From assembly GCA_965247305.1 (NCBI GenBank), contig OZ252030.1:6193186-6257185 (forward strand): a stretch of DNA of 64,000 nucleotides, written 5' to 3'. This DNA comes from Bryobacterales bacterium. GTDB taxonomy: Bacteria > Acidobacteriota > Terriglobia > Bryobacterales > UBA6623. This document shows, piece after piece, positions 18,609 through 25,869 of this stretch (the first letter of the stretch is position 1; every line of letters starts with the position of its first letter). A model generated the notes under the pieces. The model was not told the origin of the DNA and made no database searches. It worked only from the letters and a program-made list of their open reading frames with translations. A program made the translations under genes and the position numbers.

Positions 18609-20030
18609 ATGGTGTTCGGGATGCGAAACGTTCTGTGGGTGTCTCTCTTACTTGTCGGCTGCGCTGGGGATCCGGCGCCAAAGTCGGCGCCCGAGGCAAC
18701 GAAGCCAAATATCATTTTGATCGTCGCGGACGATCTCGGCTACGGCGATCTAGGGGTCTACGGTCAGAAGGAAATTCAAACTCCGAACCTAGATCGCATG
18801 GCCGCGGAGGGGCTACGATTCACCGATCACTACGCCGGGAGCACGGTTTGCGCGCCATCCCGCAGCTCGTTGATGACCGGCTTTCACACTGGGCATACGC
18901 CGATTCGTGGAAACAAAGAGATGCGGCCGATGGGCCAGCATCCCATCGCTGACGAGGTCGTGACAGTCGCCGAGATGCTCAAATCAGCCGGGTATACGAC
19001 CGCCTTGATCGGCAAGTGGGGGCTCGGTGGACCCGCTACGAGCGGCATTCCGAACCGGCAGGGGTTTGATTATTTCTTCGGCTATCTCGGCCAGCGGCAT
19101 GCGCACAACTACTACCCGGAGTTTCTGTTTCGTAACGAGGATCGGGTGCCGTTGAACAACACTTTGCCGGAACCGGTTCGCGAGGACGGCGCCGGCATGG
19201 CGGTTGAAAAGAACGAGTACTCGCACGATCTGATAGCGGCAGAAGCGCTGTCGTTTGTCGAGCGCCAGAAGGATAAGCCGTTCTTGCTTTGTCTTACCTT
19301 GACGATTCCGCATGCGAATAACGAGGCCAAAGAAGAAGGCATGGAGGTTCCCGAGCTTGGCGCCTACGCCGACAAGGATTGGCCCGAGCCTCAAAAGGGT
19401 CATGCCGCGATGATCAGCCGAATGGATGCGGACTTGGGCCGGCTTTTCACGAAGGTCCGCGAGCTGGGCCTCGATGAGCGGACGGTCATCTTCTTTACCA
19501 GCGATAACGGCCCGCACCGCGAAGGCGGCAATGACCCGGACTTCAACGACAGCAACGGGCCCCTCCGGGGGATCAAGCGCGACCTTTACGAAGGCGGAAT
19601 TCGGGTGCCGCTAATCGCTCGCTGGCCAGGGCGGATCGGAGCCGGCCTGACGACCGACCACGTTTCAGCGTTCTGGGATTTCGCACCGACTTTGGCTGAG
19701 CTGGCTGGAGCACAGACGCCCGCCGGGCTGGACGGGCTTTCGATGGCTCCAACGCTGCTCGGGATCGGTGAGCAACCGCGGCACGAGCAACTTTATTGGG
19801 AGTTTCACCTGCGAGATGCCTCGAAGCAAGCTGTGCGCCGCGGGAAGTGGAAGGCTGTTCGTCTGGACCCGAATGGTCCATTGGAACTCTACGATCTATC
19901 GGCGGATATTGGCGAGGCGAACGACGTCGCCGCGGACCATCCTGATGTCGTTGAAAGCATCGAGGAGTACCTCGACGGAGCACGCAGCGAATCGGAGTTC
20001 TGGCCGCTGGTTTCGCAGATCGGGCCGTAG
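18609..20030 (+). CDS. Arylsulfatase / N-acetylgalactosamine-6-sulfatase-like (formylglycine-dependent sulfatase), lipoprotein
   Basis: PNIILIVADDLGYGDLG, CAPSRSSLMTG (CxPxR formylglycine motif), GKWGLG and FFTSDNGP. The N-terminus MVFGMRNVLWVSLLLVGCAG looks like a lipobox. The ORF track starts at 18546, but I prefer ATG 18609. Confidence 0.88.
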   Translation: MVFGMRNVLWVSLLLVGCAGDPAPKSAPEATKPNIILIVADDLGYGDLGVYGQKEIQTPNLDRMAAEGLRFTDHYAGSTVCAPSRSSLMTGFHTGHTPIRGNKEMRPMGQHPIADEVVTVAEMLKSAGYTTALIGKWGLGGPATSGIPNRQGFDYFFGYLGQRHAHNYYPEFLFRNEDRVPLNNTLPEPVREDGAGMAVEKNEYSHDLIAAEALSFVERQKDKPFLLCLTLTIPHANNEAKEEGMEVPELGAYADKDWPEPQKGHAAMISRMDADLGRLFTKVRELGLDERTVIFFTSDNGPHREGGNDPDFNDSNGPLRGIKRDLYEGGIRVPLIARWPGRIGAGLTTDHVSAFWDFAPTLAELAGAQTPAGLDGLSMAPTLLGIGEQPRHEQLYWEFHLRDASKQAVRRGKWKAVRLDPNGPLELYDLSADIGEANDVAADHPDVVESIEEYLDGARSESEFWPLVSQIGP

Positions 20031-20142
20031 CGGGCATACCTCACTACGTGGCGAGATATGCGGACTACTGGGTAGAAAGACGTGCCCGTCGCCGCGGTTC
20101 CAATTCCGTCTGTATACAGGCGATGATTTCAAGCCGAATCGA

Positions 20143-20225
20143 CCGAGACGTGGACGGAAGTCCACGCTTTCCTTTGGCTTGGCAAGCAGTTTGAACGGAA
20201 GCGTGGACTTCCGTCCACGCCTCGG
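20143..20225. repeat. REPIN-like double palindrome, copy 1
   Basis: 27-nt arms at 20143-20169 (ccgagacgtggacggaagtccacgctt) and 20199-20225 (aagcgtggacttccgtccacgcctcgg) are reverse complements with one mismatch. Each arm is itself a palindrome: cgtggac-ggaa-gtccacg. A second copy lies at 48220-48305. Confidence 0.85.
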
Positions 20226-20371
20226 ATTCTTGAGTCCGCTCTTGAGTCCGTTCTTTGGCCAGGGCGGCGTTTTCAACGTATCAGGGGCTAGGAGTCTGGC
20301 ATTTGGCGGCGGCGTGAACTTGGAAACGGTTCAGAGAGATCATTGCGGTTTATGACCTCTCTGAAATGCTC

Positions 20372-21016
20372 TTAGAGTTCCTTGATCCGCAGGTTGCGAA
20401 AGCGAACCTCTAGCGGCGGTCCGGAATGTACCTGGGTCGCAATGATCCCTTTTTGTGGGATGCGCTCATCTTCCTCGGTATAGTCGGCCGTCGTCACGCC
20501 ATTGAGCTTCAACATGATGTGTTTGCCCTGGGCATCGATCTCGTAGTCGTTCCAGTCGTTGAGTTTGACCGCGCGTTTGATCAAGGCCTCGCTAGGCTGC
20601 ACCAGCGCCACATCCCGGCGCTTCTCGTCATAAAGCGAGCCCCAAAACGTCTCGCTCACGTCCGCTTGGTAGCCAATCACGGCCATCGAGCCGCTTTTGC
20701 GATGACTGCGGAACTGCACGCCACTATTGCCGGCGTTATCCACCAGCAAGATCTCGAAGCGCATGATGAAGTCCGAGTACTCTTTTTCAGTGGCGAGAAA
20801 ATCGTTATACGAAATCCCCGGCGTCTTGCCGACAATTGCGCCATCGTCGACCTTCCAGAGAAACGGATCGCCCTCCCAGCCCGTCAGATCTTTACCATTA
20901 AAAAGCGCTACAAAGCCTGGCTCCGCCGCAATCGAGATAGCCTGTGAGGCGGCAACGGCGACCGCGCTTGAAGCGAGAAACGCGCGCCGGCTCCAGCGAT
21001 TATTATGGTGTTTCAT
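20372..21016 (-). CDS. DUF1080 / 3-keto-disaccharide hydrolase domain protein with Tat signal
   Basis: NRWSRRAFLASSAVAVAA is a twin-arginine signal. FVALFNGKDLTGWEG...WKVDDGAIVG...FRNLRIKEL is the typical DUF1080 (concanavalin-like) pattern. Confidence 0.8.
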   Translation of the reverse strand: MKHHNNRWSRRAFLASSAVAVAASQAISIAAEPGFVALFNGKDLTGWEGDPFLWKVDDGAIVGKTPGISYNDFLATEKEYSDFIMRFEILLVDNAGNSGVQFRSHRKSGSMAVIGYQADVSETFWGSLYDEKRRDVALVQPSEALIKRAVKLNDWNDYEIDAQGKHIMLKLNGVTTADYTEEDERIPQKGIIATQVHSGPPLEVRFRNLRIKEL

Positions 21017-21131
21017 CAGTGCAAGTCGTACCCTGGTTATGTCAGCAAAATCATCACTCGGGTAGTAGTAACGTATACCATAGCCCCGATTCTAAAATAG
21101 TGATTTACTAACGAACACAAGTGGAGCCCTC

Positions 21132-22541
21132 ATGAGCATTTCACCCCGCAAAACTCGAATCGCGGTCGCCATCATCGCGACGCTGGCCCTTTCAATCCCG
21201 ATCGTCGCTGTGGAGAAGCGAAAACCCATAAAGCCGGGATGGAATTTGTTCTCGCCGGCGCAAGATATCGAAATGGGTAAGGAGGCGTCCGCCCAGGTCG
21301 AAAAAGAGGTCGCAATTGTAGACGACAAGCAGTTAGCGGCGTACGTCGAGGGCATCGGACAAAAGCTGGCCAGCCGCTCGCAGGCCCCTGACTACCCGTA
21401 CAGCTTCAAGGTTGTCGCGGAGGACTCGATCAACGCGTTCGCACTGCCCGGCGGGCCTATCTACATCCATAGTGGGCTGATCTCAGTGGCCGACAACGAA
21501 GCCCAGGTCGCCGGCGTCATGGCCCACGAAGTTGGCCACGTGGCCTTGCGACACGGTACTGCCCGCGTCACCAAAGCGTACGCATTCCAGATTCCGCTGA
21601 TGATTGCCGGCGGCGCTCTCCAAAAGAAGGGCGGCATCGTGGGCGCGTTGGCGCCGCTAGGGCTGGGATTCGGCGTCAATTCGCTCATGCTGAAAAACTC
21701 TCGGGGAGCGGAGAAACAAGCCGATATCGTTGGCGCCCGCATGATGGCCGATGCCGGTTACGATGCGGTGGAAATGGCGCGCTTCTTTGAGAAGCTCGAA
21801 GGCGAGCGCGCCAAGAAGCCTGGATTCTTGGAGAAGATGTTCTCCGATCATCCGAGCCCCGGCAATCGCGTAGAGTACGTCAGCGAAGAGGTCGTAGGCT
21901 ACGGCGGCCGGGGTGTAAAGACAACGCCGGAATTCGAGACGATGAAGCGACGCGCGGCTGCGATCAAGCCACCGAAAACTAAAGAACCCGAGTCTTCAGC
22001 GGGCGAGACATCCGCGACGCCATCACGCGGCCGGCCGAGCCGTGGTGCCGCGGACGCCCGCCGTATTCGCTATAAGACTTTCCGGGGAGCAAATTTTCGC
22101 ATCGTTCATCCCAACAACTGGAAGGCCTACGCAGCCCCGAATAAGGAATCGCTGACCGCCGTACCTGCGGACGGCCTTGTTGAGATTCAAGCAGGACGCC
22201 CGCCAGCTCTTGCTCGCGGTCTGCTAGCCGGCTTTTTTCAGTCGGAACGGTCAAGCGTCAGAGCGAAGACCAATGAGCTGATCAACGACCTGAGAGCGTC
22301 CAACGGCGAGTTGAACGCGATCAGCGGTCAGCGAACGTCGGTTCGTATCGATCGCAAGAGCGGCGAGAGTGTTCATTTTGATGGTCCATCGCCATTACCC
22401 AACGAACGCGAATTAGTCTGGCTCATAACCGTGGATCAGCCCGACGGGTTGTTCTACGCGGTGATGGTTTCCGCCGAATCGGACGGCGCCTTTCTCAAGC
22501 CGCAGTTCGAGCGTATTGTCGATTCGATTCGGCTGAACTAG
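21132..22541 (+). CDS. M48 family zinc metalloprotease (secreted) with uncharacterised C-terminal domain
   Basis: Signal peptide, INAFALPGGPIYIHSGL, HEVGHV (HExxH) and EKQADIVGARMM. A low-complexity linker is followed by about 170 aa that I cannot place in a family. Confidence 0.85.
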   Translation: MSISPRKTRIAVAIIATLALSIPIVAVEKRKPIKPGWNLFSPAQDIEMGKEASAQVEKEVAIVDDKQLAAYVEGIGQKLASRSQAPDYPYSFKVVAEDSINAFALPGGPIYIHSGLISVADNEAQVAGVMAHEVGHVALRHGTARVTKAYAFQIPLMIAGGALQKKGGIVGALAPLGLGFGVNSLMLKNSRGAEKQADIVGARMMADAGYDAVEMARFFEKLEGERAKKPGFLEKMFSDHPSPGNRVEYVSEEVVGYGGRGVKTTPEFETMKRRAAAIKPPKTKEPESSAGETSATPSRGRPSRGAADARRIRYKTFRGANFRIVHPNNWKAYAAPNKESLTAVPADGLVEIQAGRPPALARGLLAGFFQSERSSVRAKTNELINDLRASNGELNAISGQRTSVRIDRKSGESVHFDGPSPLPNERELVWLITVDQPDGLFYAVMVSAESDGAFLKPQFERIVDSIRLN

Positions 22542-22802
22542 AGCACTTTCACCGAAGCCGTAGACTGCCGGCAGTGGATGGTTACTGTCGAAGAAGAACG
22601 TCGGCCCGGAGGTCGACGCGGCCCGCCAGAGGCGCGCGCCACGACTTAGAGCCCGCGTGCGCCTAGACGCGGGCGGCGGTGGGCTATAGCAGACCTGAAA
22701 ATGCTCTAGCCCGTTTTTAATATTTTCATAGATCATTAGTGGGGCAGCGCCGAGAGGATGTCTTGGGCCTGAATTTATGGCGCGTGCCTACGGCGGGCTC
22801 GG

Positions 22803-23888
22803 CTACGCAGCGTAGTGGTCGAGCGCTTTTGAATCGAATGACAGCCCCAGACCGGGCTCGTCGGACAACACAATTTCGCCGTCTTCGACGACAATATCTT
22901 GCTCAAACATCGGAAGAGCCCAGGGCATGTGTTCGGCCGTCAGCCCATTAGGCGCAGCCGCTACCGTGTGCGCGAGAATTTCCGGCGCGAGATGACTCAC
23001 CACTGGAACGTTCATACCCTCAGCCATGTGGGCAATCTTCATCCAGGGCGTGATGCCGCCTGCGCGTAGCAGGTCGATCATCGCGATATCGATCGAGCCG
23101 CGCTTGAGCATGTGGCCAAACGGCAGCACGCCGTAGTGGTATTCGCCTGAAGCGATCGGTGTATCTAGCGCGGCAGCGATGCGCGCCATGCCATCGTAGT
23201 CTTCGAAATGAACCGGGTCCTCAAGCCAGTAGAGGTCGTATGCTTCCATCATGCGACCAATGCGAATGGCGCGGTTGACATCCCAGCCGAGGTTGATGTC
23301 GACCATGAGATCGACCTCGGGTCCGACGGCTTCGCGAAGCACTCGCAGCCGTTCGACCTCGGCGGCGGCTGACTTTTGCGCGCCGATGCGAAACTTCATC
23401 GCTCGGAAGCCTTGTTCGACTAGCCGGGGCGCGGTCGTGGCGAGCATGTTGAGGTCGTGATTGCGCCAGAGGTAGCCGCTGGCATAACACGGTACGCGCT
23501 TGCGTAGGCCACCCAGCAATTTCCAAATCGGCTGCGAGTGGACCTTTCCTTTGATATCCCAGAGAGCAATATCTACGGCTGCGGTCGCTCGCGTCACGAG
23601 CCCGGCCGGTGACCCGGAGCCACCCTGCCGCAATAGCCGCTGCCCGATGGCCTCGTGATCAAGGGGATCGCTGCCAATAGCCAGCCCCGCTAAGCCGTCG
23701 AGCGCGGCTTTGAGAGCCGGCAACATGACCGCGGGAACGAACCCCGCATAGCCAATGCCCTCGACGCCCGCGTCGGTCTGCAGCCTCAGAGTGACGAAGT
23801 TCGCGACGACTTCGCCGGGACTGCTCTTGATCGGCTCCGGGGCCGTAGTTAGGTCGATTGCTCTAGATTCAAATGCGCTAATCTTCAT
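22803..23888 (-). CDS. Enolase superfamily enzyme (mandelate racemase/muconate lactonising enzyme family, probable sugar-acid dehydratase)
   Basis: FRAMKFRIG, MVDINLGW, YWLEDP and IASGE metal-ligand and barrel motifs in the usual order. Confidence 0.85.
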   Translation of the reverse strand: MKISAFESRAIDLTTAPEPIKSSPGEVVANFVTLRLQTDAGVEGIGYAGFVPAVMLPALKAALDGLAGLAIGSDPLDHEAIGQRLLRQGGSGSPAGLVTRATAAVDIALWDIKGKVHSQPIWKLLGGLRKRVPCYASGYLWRNHDLNMLATTAPRLVEQGFRAMKFRIGAQKSAAAEVERLRVLREAVGPEVDLMVDINLGWDVNRAIRIGRMMEAYDLYWLEDPVHFEDYDGMARIAAALDTPIASGEYHYGVLPFGHMLKRGSIDIAMIDLLRAGGITPWMKIAHMAEGMNVPVVSHLAPEILAHTVAAAPNGLTAEHMPWALPMFEQDIVVEDGEIVLSDEPGLGLSFDSKALDHYAA

Positions 23889-24217
23889 CGCTAGTTGGGG
23901 AGACCCGATCGGCCGGAATGAATAAAGATGATCTGAATCTCGAAGCCATCGTAGCGCGTTGTAGTCGCGCCGCGGTTAAGCAGGTGCTCAACTAACGCCA
24001 ACGAGCGCACGGACCAATGAGTGCTGGAGCGACGTGGGTTGGCCGGTCAGACCTCGACGTGTCTACCTCGGCCCGACATGTGTTAGGTGAACTACTGTTT
24101 CACCTGCACTGAACTTCCAAAAGTTTCCAGGTTTGAGCTGCGACCCTAGGCTTTGCGCATAATTTGTATAAAATAACCCCTACCCGTGCTTAAATATGCT
24201 CACCGTGGCCGCAACTG

Positions 24218-24246
24218 TTGACATTCCGATTATTAAAGAATACAAT
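24218..24246 (+). promoter_or_regulatory. Consensus sigma-70-type promoter upstream of the response regulator gene
   Basis: TTGACA (24218-24223), a 17-nt spacer, then TACAAT (24241-24246). It lies 35 nt before the ATG at 24281, inside a relatively AT-rich 390-bp intergenic region. Confidence 0.55.
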
Positions 24247-24280
24247 TTTGACGAAGCAGTGAATAAGCCCTACGAAGCGT

Positions 24281-25003
24281 ATGTCCAAGCGACCAGACAG
24301 CCCAACCGTTCTAGTAGTTGAGGACGATCCGCAACTTCTCGCCGAATTAAGACTGGCACTTGAAGAGAGCGGTAATCGGGTAGTTGAGGCGGATAGCGTC
24401 GACGCCGCGCTAAGCGTGGCGAAAACCGAAGCTCCCAGTCTCGTTGTCGTCGACATGCAGTTGCCCAGCGGCGACGGGCTCGAAATCTGTCGAGGGATCC
24501 GCTGGTCCGGAAGTAATGTCCCCATCATCGCGGTGAGCCCCAACCCGGCTGAAGCCGACGTAGTCGTCGCACTTGAAGTTGGAGCAGACGATTTTGTTGG
24601 GCCGATTCGACTACCGGAACTGCTGGCGCGGGCGCGTGCTCGGATGCGCTCGTGGAGGCGTCAGGAATCGGCGATTCGTCGCGAAGCGGAGTCGGAACTC
24701 ACTACTGAGTCTAGCTTCGGTAACTTGATTGTGGACCATCGGCGACGCAGCGTAACCCACAAGGGGGTACGGGTAGACCTTTCTCCGACTCTCTTTGAGA
24801 TTCTTGGGCTATTGATCAAGCGCCGAGGGGAAGCCGTATCGCGAGAAACGATTCGGCAGGAAGTTTGGCCGGGGTCAAATAACCAAACAACTCGAACGGT
24901 CGACAACTATATCCTAAAACTCCGCCAGAAGCTCGAACAGGACCCAGGCGAGCCGAGCCTGATAATTTCGGTTTACGGCAAGGGATATAAATTCGCGGGC
25001 TAG
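24281..25003 (+). CDS. OmpR/PhoB-family response regulator
   Basis: Receiver domain (VLVVEDDP..., VVVDMQLPSGDG) plus winged-helix output (TRTVDNYILKLRQKLE...VYGKGYKF). Confidence 0.9.
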   Translation: MSKRPDSPTVLVVEDDPQLLAELRLALEESGNRVVEADSVDAALSVAKTEAPSLVVVDMQLPSGDGLEICRGIRWSGSNVPIIAVSPNPAEADVVVALEVGADDFVGPIRLPELLARARARMRSWRRQESAIRREAESELTTESSFGNLIVDHRRRSVTHKGVRVDLSPTLFEILGLLIKRRGEAVSRETIRQEVWPGSNNQTTRTVDNYILKLRQKLEQDPGEPSLIISVYGKGYKFAG

Positions 25004-25287
25004 TGGCGCGACCGAACTCCGGGGATCGATCTCGTTCGAAACTTAGAGCTTGAGATCAGCGATTGCGTCGTTGGTATGCCCGCGGCGCGGCGCCGGGCGG
25101 AAGCGGACTCGGAGTTTCGGGTCAGTAACGCCTCCGCCCGCGCCGGATCAGTTGAGAAGGAATCGCGCTGTGGCATCAGCATGGTATCGAGGCGACGGGT
25201 AGTGTAGTGGTCACAACCTTGCGGTTGCGGCACCGTTGTTTCGGCTCGCTGTTTCCTTTGGGTTCGGGTGAAAGCTCAAGTTTCGGG

Positions 25288-25506
25288 TTAGCCCGGCCAC
25301 CGCCCGCCTTGGTTGGGCGGAACATTCAAGGGAGAAACTTGAGATACCAGCGAGGCGACGTTGCGCTTCGCTGTACCGAGCCGCGCCGCCGTGCGGTGCG
25401 GTGCACACGTCGCAAAGAGGACCGCACCACGAGGCGGCGCGGCTCGGTATCGCGAACGGATTCGTCCAACAAGTAGCTTGGCGGGCAGCTTGAAAAATCA
25501 ACTTTC
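25288..25506 (+). repeat. Long-hairpin intergenic repeat, copy A (family of three in this window)
   Basis: A 219-bp element, also present at 55554-55772 (same orientation) and 51165-51342 (inverted, shorter). Main stem: 25367-25390 pairs with 25433-25456. Small 5-prime hairpin: ccgccc(25300-25305)-N9-gggcgg(25315-25320). Confidence 0.85.
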
Positions 25507-25869
25507 GGGTCGGGCGCTCTGGCCGGACCGGTTGGCTACCAACATCAAGGTTCCCGGCTCCATCAGAATGAGCTTCAGGAGGGTCTGTCTCTTGATGTTC
25601 CTTAGAGCAACGGTCAAATTTCTGATGAATGGCGGCCGAGTCGCGTTGAGTCCGACCGCCAGCCACGCTGGTAGCAAACCGAAGCGGAGATGTACCTTTA
25701 GGTGCAATAGCGTCACGTCGTAGGCGAAGTTCGGATCCTCCGCGCGTTGAGCCACCTGCCGGAATAGGGACCATTTGGCGGGCTGCTTGTCGCGCTGGTA
25801 GCACTGGTCGCGCTTACGACGTGGCAACACCGAACGCAGTCCCAGACAGAGCTTGGACGGGTAGCCGGC

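Noticed and set aside
19768-20355. 195-aa plus ORF and 126-aa minus ORF spanning the gap after the sulfatase gene
   Set aside because: Both run through the REPIN-like palindrome and give mirror-image peptides (GRKSTLSF / GRKSTLPF). They are by-products of the inverted repeat and not genes.
22651-22674. Hairpin gcccgcgt-N8-acgcgggc between the M48 and enolase-family genes as a terminator
   Set aside because: There is no U-tract on either strand. GC-rich 8-bp stems are common by chance at this base composition.
23918-23995. 25-codon ORF (MNKDDLNLEAIVARCSRAAVKQVLN) in the AT-rich gap upstream of the response regulator
   Set aside because: It is too short, has no clear ribosome-binding site, and no comparative evidence is available.
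25190-25262. tRNA-like string gggtagtgtagtggtcacaacc
   Set aside because: It resembles a D-arm, but no acceptor stem, anticodon stem or T-arm (GTTCRANNC) can be drawn from the flanking sequence.
25207-25476. Small ORFs with similar peptides (RYQRGDVALR.TEPRRRAVRCTRR...) at 25207-25476, 55575-55820 and, in antisense, 50990-51280: a possible small-protein family
   Set aside because: The similarity is explained by the DNA repeat. Substitutions between copies preserve stem pairing and not the reading frame, and copy B deletes 42 bp of the putative coding part.
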